IMG/VR virus record: IMGVR_UViG_3300008262_000055 | Reading direction: 5' to 3' (one strand) | DNA from: a virus | Taxonomy: Duplodnaviria > Caudoviricetes | Length of the DNA stretch: 64,000 nt | Part shown: piece after piece, positions 56,556 to 64,000 of the stretch | How the letters are laid out: every line of letters starts with the position of its first letter | Numbering within the stretch: position 1 is the stretch's first letter | The notes under the pieces: generated by a model | What the model saw: only the letters and a program-made list of their open reading frames with translations | The model's database searches: none | Told to the model about the DNA's origin: nothing | Position numbers and translations under genes: made by a program

Positions 56556-57469
56556 AAACATCTGATCTAGATATTATTTTTATTTCTTATGACGAACCTA
56601 ACGGAGATTTTAATTATGCTGATCTCTGTAATAAAGTTCCTTATGCTAAACGAGTTCACGGAATTAAGGGCAGCGATAACGCTCATAAAGCTGCGGCAGA
56701 GTTAGCTGAGTCTGATTGGTTTGTTACAGTCGATGGAGATAACATAGTTGATGATAAATTTTTTCATATAGAAATAAATGAAACACCAACTATACAAGTG
56801 TACGGCTGGTCTGGAGAAAATATTATTAACAATCTACGCTATGGCAACGGTGGATTAAAAGTTTGGAAAAAAGATTTTGTTTTGAATATGCGTACCCACG
56901 AAGCAGCTATTGAATCTAAAGCACAAGTTGATTTTTGCTGGGAAGAAGGTTATTTAAATCATCCTACAGTTTTCAGTAAAACTGTTATAAATTCTACACC
57001 ATTCCAGGCATGGAGAGCAGGCTTCCGCGAAGGTGTAAAGATGTTGTTGAAAGACGGAGTAAAGGTCGATAGTACAGCAATTACTAATCAAATATACTGG
57101 CACAATCTACATAGATTAAAAATTTGGTCTTGTGTTGGCGACCATGTTGAAAATGGTATCTATGCGATGCTTGGTGCTAGAGCAGGAAGCTATATGACTT
57201 ATTGTACTGATTGGAATCACATAGAAGTTAGAGACTTTGAATGTTTAAAAAACATATACGAAGAACAGTATGCTGGCATTGAAGGTAATAGAAATCAAAT
57301 TTTAGAAAAGTTAGAATTTTTATCTTTTGAAATCCAAGCAGGCATCGGGTTACAGTTAACTACTTTTGATGCTGATCAAAGTAGATACTTTACTGATCTG
57401 TATGCTGAAACAGTAGCACTAGGGCAGACATACTATAATAAGGATCCTGTGTGGAAAAGTTCTTTTTAA
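56552..57469 (+). CDS. Glycosyltransferase-like protein (GT2-like)
   Basis: IIFISYDEPN, RVHGIKG...AH..AA, FVTVDGD (DxD), YGNGGLKVW, AWRAGFREGVK. Confidence 0.65.
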   Translation: MKTSDLDIIFISYDEPNGDFNYADLCNKVPYAKRVHGIKGSDNAHKAAAELAESDWFVTVDGDNIVDDKFFHIEINETPTIQVYGWSGENIINNLRYGNGGLKVWKKDFVLNMRTHEAAIESKAQVDFCWEEGYLNHPTVFSKTVINSTPFQAWRAGFREGVKMLLKDGVKVDSTAITNQIYWHNLHRLKIWSCVGDHVENGIYAMLGARAGSYMTYCTDWNHIEVRDFECLKNIYEEQYAGIEGNRNQILEKLEFLSFEIQAGIGLQLTTFDADQSRYFTDLYAETVALGQTYYNKDPVWKSSF

Positions 57470-58134
57470 GTTATGATGATCCTAATCTAGCTGAAAATTT
57501 TTTAGTAGCTAGATCTAAAATAAACGATCTTAATCTTTTTACTACAAAAGAGGGTATAGCTAAATCTCATAAACTCTGCGGTGACCAATCTCTAACAGAC
57601 ATGTTTTTAGTCATAGATTCGGACGCTTATCTGCTTGATAGTTTTAGAATGTCACAAGTCTACGACAGTATCAATGAACCTAATAAGATGTATATTTTTT
57701 CTGCTAGAAATCCCATAAATGATTTAGAATACGGGCACGGTGCTATAAAAATATTTCGAAAATCTTTTTTTACTGATGCAGAAGTCGTTGATTTTTCTAC
57801 AAGTTTTTTTGGTAAGATCGAACATGTAAACTTAACTTTAAATATACATCGTTTTAATTCTAGTGAATTTCATACTTGGCGTACAGCATTTAGAGAATGT
57901 GTAAAGCTGTCGTCCTCTGTAATTAAAAATAGAAATAAGTATGATGACGAATATAGGTTAGAAACTTGGTGTGAAAAAGCCAACGGAAATGATTTTTCTC
58001 AGGAATGTCTAAATGGTGCTCGAGAAGGTAGGGAGTATGGTTACAGATTTAAACACAGTGTTGATGATCTAAAAAAGATAAATGATTTTAATTTTTTAAA
58101 AGAACAATATGTTTTGGCAACGAGACCCGAATAA
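57451..58134 (+). CDS. Glycosyltransferase-like protein (GT2-like paralog)
   Basis: FLSYDDPN, FLVIDSD, NPINDLEYGHGAIKIF, WRTAFRECVKL. Confidence 0.65.
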   Translation: MEKFFLSYDDPNLAENFLVARSKINDLNLFTTKEGIAKSHKLCGDQSLTDMFLVIDSDAYLLDSFRMSQVYDSINEPNKMYIFSARNPINDLEYGHGAIKIFRKSFFTDAEVVDFSTSFFGKIEHVNLTLNIHRFNSSEFHTWRTAFRECVKLSSSVIKNRNKYDDEYRLETWCEKANGNDFSQECLNGAREGREYGYRFKHSVDDLKKINDFNFLKEQYVLATRPE

Positions 58135-59494
58135 AAAGTATATTAAGATTGCTAATCAATTAGACAAAACAGGTAAAGGTTTTTGTCTAGCTAAATGGCA
58201 CATGGTGACTATTCATCTTCACACAGGTGACAATCACAGTTGTTATCATCCGTCTATGCATAGAGTTAGTGTTGACGAAGTTAACGATAATCCCGCAGCA
58301 TTACACAACAGTAATTACAAAAAACAGCAAAGAAAATTAATGTTAGAGGGAGAACGTCCTTCAGAATGTAGTTATTGTTGGGCGTTAGAAGACCTAGGAC
58401 AAATTAGCGATAGACATCTAAGAAGTTGGGAATTTGAAAATACTATGCCTAGCATTAACCAGGTAAAAAATTTACCATGGGATGCTGATGTTTACCCTAG
58501 ATATATGGAATTAAGTTTTGGATCAGAATGCCAAATGAAGTGTATGTATTGTGCTCCAACTATTAGCAGTGCGTGGGAAGGTGAGATTAAAAAACATGGA
58601 GAATATCCTTTACAATATTTGCCCAACCGCAGACAGTATTCAATAAATCCTAAAGCAAGAACTGTATATAAAGAGGAAAATAATCCTTACATTGATGCGT
58701 TTTGGAAATGGTTTCCCGAATGCTACAAAAATTTAGAGACTCTTAGAGTCACTGGTGGCGAACCATTATTAAGCACAAACTTTATAAAGATGCTAGATTA
58801 TATTGAAAATAATCCAAGGCCAGATTTACAGTTTGCTATTAATAGCAATATGAGTGTACCCCAACGTAATCTTGATAAATTTATTCATCGTGCTAAATCG
58901 TTAAAAGAAAATAAAAAAGTAAAAGAAATAATGCTTTATACTAGTGTTGATACTTGGGGCAATCAAGCAGAATATATTAGGAATGGTTTAGATTTAGTTC
59001 AGTGGGAAAACAATATTCATAGGTATCTAAACGAAGTTCCAAATAGCAAATTAGGTTTCATGATAACTGTAAATCTTTTAAGCATTTACAATTTTGAAGA
59101 ATTATTAGATAAAATATTAGAGTTGCGTAAAAAGTATAACACTCGCTTTAACAGAAGAATACAAATTGATACTCCCTATCTTTTAGAACCACCACATTTA
59201 AGTCTTCAGATAGCCAATGATGATCAAATTAACCGACTGTATAAAGCTGTTGAATATATGTCAACACAAGTTGATAATTTAAGTTATAAACAATTTGATA
59301 GCACAGAATTATCTAAATTTCAGCGTGTAGCTAAATGGGCAGAAGATAATAGATACAGTCAAGATCTATTGCCTACTTTAAGAAAAGATTTTGTTTCTTT
59401 TGTCGATGAACATGATAAGAGACGAGGAACGAACTTTTTAAGTACGTTCCCCGAAATGGAAAGTATTTACAATCAGTGGAAAGTTACTGATTAA
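58109..59494 (+). CDS. Radical SAM protein with N-terminal SPASM/twitch-like domain
   Basis: CxxxCxxC (CQMKCMYC) and GGEP; N-terminal CLAKW...SCYH...CSYCW. Confidence 0.9.
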   Translation: MFWQRDPNKKYIKIANQLDKTGKGFCLAKWHMVTIHLHTGDNHSCYHPSMHRVSVDEVNDNPAALHNSNYKKQQRKLMLEGERPSECSYCWALEDLGQISDRHLRSWEFENTMPSINQVKNLPWDADVYPRYMELSFGSECQMKCMYCAPTISSAWEGEIKKHGEYPLQYLPNRRQYSINPKARTVYKEENNPYIDAFWKWFPECYKNLETLRVTGGEPLLSTNFIKMLDYIENNPRPDLQFAINSNMSVPQRNLDKFIHRAKSLKENKKVKEIMLYTSVDTWGNQAEYIRNGLDLVQWENNIHRYLNEVPNSKLGFMITVNLLSIYNFEELLDKILELRKKYNTRFNRRIQIDTPYLLEPPHLSLQIANDDQINRLYKAVEYMSTQVDNLSYKQFDSTELSKFQRVAKWAEDNRYSQDLLPTLRKDFVSFVDEHDKRRGTNFLSTFPEMESIYNQWKVTD

Positions 59495-60152
59495 TAAAAT
59501 CTTTAGTTAACGGAAATATTTCAGCAATTACTCTAGCACAAGCAATAGCAACTTCTTGATGTTCTAGTTGTGTGCCATTAGCACTACGTAATTCAATAAA
59601 GTGAATCCAGCTACGTAGTGTACCATTCATATATAATCGACTTTCTGTAAGGCCTTCTGGTAGCACAGCACGAGCTTGCTCTTTAGCTATGCCTCGAGCG
59701 ATAGCCCATTGATAGGCACTTCGGGCGTAGTCAATGACCTGCTGTTGTTGATGTTCCCAATCTCTTTGTAGGCGTTCATCATCTGTTTGGATACTATTTT
59801 GTCTGTTTTTTGTGTCTTGAAGTCTAGCTTCTCTTGTAACGAACGCCAAATCTTGAGTTGGGTCAGCATAGCGTTGACTGAACTCTTGGAAACTAAAACT
59901 TCTGTGTCGCAAGATTTGTCTTGCGATATCTCTTGTGGTTGTGATTTCAATACAGGCTGAGACCATTTCGAGTGGGCTCCAGTGTTGGTGTTTGACCAAG
60001 TATCTGATGAGTTTCTCTGATGTTTCGGTGTTAAGTTGGTTGCTGGGATTGCTGACACGGGCACAATACGCAATGAGTTCCTGTGCATCCGAGATGCCCA
60101 TGTCTCTAAATTCACCTGTTGGCTGGGAATAGGATAAAAGTTTAACATTCAT
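59484..60152 (-). CDS. thyX: Flavin-dependent thymidylate synthase
   Basis: ThyX motif RHRSFSFQEFSQRY; HWSPLE; ARAVLP; LRSWIHFIELR. Confidence 0.96.
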   Translation of the reverse strand: MNVKLLSYSQPTGEFRDMGISDAQELIAYCARVSNPSNQLNTETSEKLIRYLVKHQHWSPLEMVSACIEITTTRDIARQILRHRSFSFQEFSQRYADPTQDLAFVTREARLQDTKNRQNSIQTDDERLQRDWEHQQQQVIDYARSAYQWAIARGIAKEQARAVLPEGLTESRLYMNGTLRSWIHFIELRSANGTQLEHQEVAIACARVIAEIFPLTKDFINQ

Positions 60153-60463
60153 TTGTCACCTAATATATTTTTTGTTATTTTTAAAACGTCTTGTTTAAGC
60201 CTATCAATATCGACCTGAAAATTGATAGTTACGATTTCCTCCTGAAAGTCTTTTATACCTTCAGAAAGTCTTTCCAAAATATCGTCCTCGTCAACTAAAT
60301 CTAGTTGTTCCGGAACATCTATTTCCCAAACTCTGCCATCCTGAAATGTTAGCTCGACGCCATGAATATACTTAATGGGCATTGAGCTCATGTATATCTC
60401 TTCAAATACTTCAGGCCATTCTTTTATAACATCTTTTGGTGGCTTAAAGTATTTTTTAGGCAC
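60149..60463 (-). CDS. Hypothetical protein
   Basis: 104 aa, coupled to neighbouring genes. Confidence 0.7.
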   Translation of the reverse strand: MPKKYFKPPKDVIKEWPEVFEEIYMSSMPIKYIHGVELTFQDGRVWEIDVPEQLDLVDEDDILERLSEGIKDFQEEIVTINFQVDIDRLKQDVLKITKNILGDK

Positions 60464-61076
60464 TAGCTTCTTCTGATACCTTTACTGTCTTTTTCTTTGG
60501 CGGATCTAGGTCGTCTGCTTGCTTACGTAGTCTTGCAGCTTCTTTATACATAGCATCTGCTTGACTTCTGTAAGATTTAGCTAGATCAGTATCAGAAAGC
60601 ACACCGGCATTGTCTTGTGCTACAGGAGCAGCAGTTTCCATCAAATCTTTTACTTTTGCTACTTCTTTAACTTCAGATTTAGCAGGACCGTCAGTAATAG
60701 CTAGATCTTCTACCTTAACCCCTCTTTGCTCTGCGATTAGTTTGTTTAACTCATCTAAGGGCATTATTGTAGTTGGGTTTGGAGTCATCTCTACATCTTT
60801 AGTTGCTACTTTAACTAAATTTCTACCTTGATGTAGGGCTGGTAGCATTGGTTTACCATCAGCAAAATAACGGATTGAAAGGATCTCTCCAAATTCAAAT
60901 GTGTCTTGTGCTTGTTGGCTTTCAACTAAGTCGATGATCGAGTTATGATAACTATCATCGAGGCCGGAAGTTCCAACTACGAGACAATGATCTGGATCAT
61001 TAGGTAATGTTTTGAAAACTACAAGGACTTTAGCCTTGTTGGTCTTCATACGGCCAAGATGTTTTAAATTAACCAT
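60456..61076 (-). CDS. Hypothetical protein
   Basis: 206 aa with a helical C terminus; coupled. Confidence 0.75.
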   Translation of the reverse strand: MVNLKHLGRMKTNKAKVLVVFKTLPNDPDHCLVVGTSGLDDSYHNSIIDLVESQQAQDTFEFGEILSIRYFADGKPMLPALHQGRNLVKVATKDVEMTPNPTTIMPLDELNKLIAEQRGVKVEDLAITDGPAKSEVKEVAKVKDLMETAAPVAQDNAGVLSDTDLAKSYRSQADAMYKEAARLRKQADDLDPPKKKTVKVSEEASA

Positions 61077-61302
61077 TTTCTTTTTGTCCTTCTGGTTTTG
61101 GTGTTACACTGTCTAAGAACGATGCTAATCTGTTATAAACCTTTCCAACAGATTCCATCTCTGCTGCTTTAAAAGCACCTCGCTGTGTAGCAACATCAAC
61201 AATGGTGCGTAACGCACCTAGGTCATTAATAGTAAGCTCTGGAGCTTTGGTCTCTGGCTGTTGCGGCTGAGCCTGGTCTTGTTTCACTTCTTCTGTCATC
61301 AT
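61069..61302 (-). CDS. Hypothetical protein
   Basis: 77 aa; coupled. Confidence 0.7.
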   Translation of the reverse strand: MMTEEVKQDQAQPQQPETKAPELTINDLGALRTIVDVATQRGAFKAAEMESVGKVYNRLASFLDSVTPKPEGQKENG

Positions 61303-61544
61303 ATTCTCCTAAAATGCGGACATGCTAACATAAAATAAGTTAGCTCTTTATCATCTTCAAATCCTAAGGTAGCACTACTGTTATCCGAATTTTGAACAAA
61401 GCAGTATCTTCCTTTTAATTTGTATTTTACCCAATCCTCTAGATCAGTTTCAAACACCTGATGTTTAACTTTGATCTTGGCAAAATGCGGAGGAATCCAA
61501 GTTAATGATCGTTTGTTTAGAACATCTAAGGGATTAAGATTCAT
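61299..61544 (-). CDS. Hypothetical protein
   Basis: 81 aa; GTAAATA box 5 nt upstream. Confidence 0.7.
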   Translation of the reverse strand: MNLNPLDVLNKRSLTWIPPHFAKIKVKHQVFETDLEDWVKYKLKGRYCFVQNSDNSSATLGFEDDKELTYFMLACPHFRRI

Positions 61545-61577
61545 GATAGTATTTACGGGGATGAAATAAAAGCTGAG

Positions 61578-61967
61578 TTATTCTTGGCTCATTCGTTGGC
61601 TTAACGCCTTGCCGTAACCCAATTTTCGGATATCACCAGAAAACAAATAAAGCTCAAACGCAGCTTTTTCGGTTATTACTGTAATATCTTTCTTAGTTAT
61701 ATAATACGGGCTTTCAATGAAATTGTCAAGCCATACAAGTATTTGTGGAGTAATTGTAATTTCTTTTGGAAATTTAACTGTGTAAGTTTTGAGTTGAGCG
61801 GTTTCGGTAATAAAGTTAAGGCCTTCTTCAGTTAGCCTAAGCCCCCCGCTATCTTTATTTCTAGTATTCCACCACCAAATACTTTTTTTAGATTTTACTA
61901 AATCTTCGTTGATTTGTTCTTGGGCAGCTTTTAAGAATACTTGAGTATAAACGTCTTTGGTTTTCAT
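61578..61967 (-). CDS. Hypothetical protein
   Basis: 129 aa; coupled. Confidence 0.7.
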   Translation of the reverse strand: MKTKDVYTQVFLKAAQEQINEDLVKSKKSIWWWNTRNKDSGGLRLTEEGLNFITETAQLKTYTVKFPKEITITPQILVWLDNFIESPYYITKKDITVITEKAAFELYLFSGDIRKLGYGKALSQRMSQE

Positions 61968-62257
61968 TTCATCGACTTAATGATTTCGCCCTGAGTCAAT
62001 TTAACAACTTGGAAATCTTCTGTCTTGAATAATTTGTTTAGTTTCTTAGCTAGATTGTATGCGTGACCGGGATTAGAAAAACTTACCTTTTTATATTTAG
62101 GTCCAGGGTAACTTGATATAAGACTACCACTTTTTAAATTAAAAGGTTTTCCTTGATAAAAGACCGCCCATATAGCATCAGACTCAAGAATCTGTTCTAC
62201 CTTGAAATTTTCTTTGTTAGCATACTCTAACAGTACTTTTGGCTTAGGTCTACTCAT
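61964..62257 (-). CDS. Hypothetical protein
   Basis: 97 aa, basic. Confidence 0.7.
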   Translation of the reverse strand: MSRPKPKVLLEYANKENFKVEQILESDAIWAVFYQGKPFNLKSGSLISSYPGPKYKKVSFSNPGHAYNLAKKLNKLFKTEDFQVVKLTQGEIIKSMK

Positions 62258-62284
62258 CTATATCTCTATAATAATACACGCATA

Positions 62285-62292
62285 TATTTATC
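62285..62292 (-). promoter_or_regulatory. Late promoter (GATAAATA)
   Basis: Intergenic, upstream of the ATG at 62257. Confidence 0.5.
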
Positions 62293-62295
62293 TCT

Positions 62296-62544
62296 CTAGA
62301 AAGTTCCTCCATCCATCTGGACTGATACTTGTTGCTGTTCACCAGTTAGTTTATCCAATCTAGCATGTATTTCTTGTATTTGTTTACCCAATTTAGAAGT
62401 TAATAGACTAAGATCTGTAACAAGTTCTCGAGCTTCTTGAACTGTGATTCTAATCTCTTTTTGATTGGTTTTTTCTGCTGCTATTACTCTTTGGATAAGA
62501 CGCTCTACACTAGGCATTTGGGTTGATAATTTATCTTGAGACAT
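62296..62544 (-). CDS. Hypothetical coiled-coil protein
   Basis: 82 aa; coupled. Confidence 0.7.
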   Translation of the reverse strand: MSQDKLSTQMPSVERLIQRVIAAEKTNQKEIRITVQEARELVTDLSLLTSKLGKQIQEIHARLDKLTGEQQQVSVQMDGGTF

Positions 62545-63007
62545 GTGATAACCTTTGACGCATTTCTACTTCTGTTTTAAAAGGGCCTTCGTATTGATAA
62601 CGTTGTAGAGTTATCAGTTTAGGACAAAATGATTTAACCCAACCTTTGTCAAATTTAATAACATAGTAACCAGCACAATACAAACTTTTGCTGTCGCCGC
62701 TTTTTGTAAACAGCGGAAGTTTTTTCTGAATGTCGTACATGGCATTATGTGGATCGGCACTAGTAGGATATCCATGAACTTCTAATGGAAGAGAATCTCT
62801 TGCCTCTTTAAGAATTTTTACAACAAAAAAGTCTTTACCAAATTGGTCAGTTAAACTTTTTTTTGTTTCGTAAATCTTAACACCGTTGTCATTACTCATA
62901 ACAAATCGTTCATCTTCGTTTTTTCGAAGTGTGGCTATCTTTTCGCCATTCTCTTCTACTATCCAAAATTTATTATCGATGATGGGTTTAGCATGTATGT
63001 CTGTCAT
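62531..63007 (-). CDS. Hypothetical protein
   Basis: 158 aa; coupled to the RNase H gene. Confidence 0.75.
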   Translation of the reverse strand: MTDIHAKPIIDNKFWIVEENGEKIATLRKNEDERFVMSNDNGVKIYETKKSLTDQFGKDFFVVKILKEARDSLPLEVHGYPTSADPHNAMYDIQKKLPLFTKSGDSKSLYCAGYYVIKFDKGWVKSFCPKLITLQRYQYEGPFKTEVEMRQRLSHVSR

Positions 63008-63990
63008 TGTGTATACCTCGCATTAAGTGGTTCTGAATAACTTTGTGCTTGATCAGAAATCTTTTTAAGATCAAACAGATTACAAAATTTCATCAATCTA
63101 ATACCAACCTGACTGATATTTTTATTAGCAGTAATAGCTGTCTGAATTGTTTGATTAATAATACCTTTGATATCGTCGGGTTGATGTGCTAGATCAATTA
63201 GTCTACGGTTGCGTTCATAATCTTCTAACACACGATGTTCTTTACCTTCGTGGTCAGTCCATCTCTGAAGCATGAGATTGTTCCACGAATATCCTTTGCT
63301 TTTACGATCTTCGAACGCTTCACTAAGACCCACTTTTTTGCTTGTGCCTTTAGTACGCACACCTGGATATGCCGAGAAGACATTATCACTGGTATCACCA
63401 CGCATACATTTTTCAAATAAGAGCCACTCTGGATCCGGTGCTGCTTTTTCTTCGCCTGTTTTTTTGTCTTTAACTTTGTTACCTTTGGCATCAAAATAAC
63501 CTTCGTGTGTAATAGTAACTTCGCTGACTCCGTTATATTGTTTAACGTTAGGAGCAATCAATTGTTCAAAGTCGCTATCTGTGGAAATTATTACATGTTT
63601 TGATTGTGGGTGATTTTGAATCCAGCCTGCAATAAGATCGTCGGCTTCTAGTTGAGGATTTTGTAGTACTGTACAATTTGTTTTGTCAGATACAAATTCT
63701 TTAAATGTATCAAATGCTTCCCAAAACAATTTATCTTCTTCTTGTTCTTTAGCAGTTAATGCCGCACGGGCATCGCTGCGATTACGTTTATAAGGACCAT
63801 AATAGTCTTTACGCCACGAGCGACCTTCTAAACAGAATATAACATGACTGCCGTTAAAATCCTGCCATGCTTTACGTATGGAATTTAAGGTAATATGAAA
63901 AGCCATGCCAATTTTAATGTCAGCGTCGCCGCGGACTACGTGTCTAGCACGAAAAAACGTGTTAGCAGTATCTACTAGTATATATGTCAT
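63004..63990 (-). CDS. rnh: T4-type RNase H / 5'-3' flap exonuclease
   Basis: LVDTAN, FCLEGRSWRKDYY..YK.NR, LEADDLI, IISTDSDFEQL, GDTSDNV. Confidence 0.92.
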   Translation of the reverse strand: MTYILVDTANTFFRARHVVRGDADIKIGMAFHITLNSIRKAWQDFNGSHVIFCLEGRSWRKDYYGPYKRNRSDARAALTAKEQEEDKLFWEAFDTFKEFVSDKTNCTVLQNPQLEADDLIAGWIQNHPQSKHVIISTDSDFEQLIAPNVKQYNGVSEVTITHEGYFDAKGNKVKDKKTGEEKAAPDPEWLLFEKCMRGDTSDNVFSAYPGVRTKGTSKKVGLSEAFEDRKSKGYSWNNLMLQRWTDHEGKEHRVLEDYERNRRLIDLAHQPDDIKGIINQTIQTAITANKNISQVGIRLMKFCNLFDLKKISDQAQSYSEPLNARYTQ

Positions 63991-64000
63991 GAAACTTCAG

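Noticed and set aside
59687-60148. 153-aa alternative-frame ORF over thyX
   Set aside because: Overlaps a clear thyX on the same strand, has a TTG start without SD and shows no motifs; treated as a shadow ORF.
429-63557. The many 60-130 aa ORFs antisense to or nested in long genes (e.g. 429..788, 2153..2542, 12093..12437, 42729..43112, 52430..52765, 63225..63557)
   Set aside because: Fully contained in well-supported genes, with compositions mirroring the opposite-strand codon bias (Ser/Leu/Phe-rich); no RBS or motifs.
1-64000. Stop-codon reassignment (alternative genetic code)
   Set aside because: Genes up to 14.7 kb are open under the standard code and tile the window; no fragmentation at TAG or TGA.

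Overview
64 kb of a large lytic T4-superfamily-like myovirus genome (standard genetic code, dense coding; no integrase, host housekeeping genes, tRNA or CRISPR seen). Left to right: head module on the minus strand (the next gene, by position the major capsid gene, appears to start at the left edge; then scaffold, prohead protease, acidic core protein, portal); two tandem paralogous tape-measure-like genes, one with an M23 peptidase; a divergent gp26-like tail/hub chaperone with a well-supported programmed -1 frameshift; a ~450 nt highly structured non-coding region directly behind a GIY-YIG gene; gp46/gp47 (SbcCD-like) and a gp55-like late sigma factor; a baseplate module ending in a 4890-aa protein; five paralogous tail-fibre genes, one broken by an apparent deletion; a glycosyltransferase-like/radical SAM cluster; thyX, small hypothetical genes and a T4-type RNase H. 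NATAAATA late-promoter boxes precede many structural genes. All product calls come from motif recognition and synteny, not database searches. Strongest leads: the structured RNA candidate at 12.66-13.12 kb with its GIY-YIG neighbour, the -1 frameshift at 11355, the duplicated tape measure genes and the fibre-linked modification enzymes.
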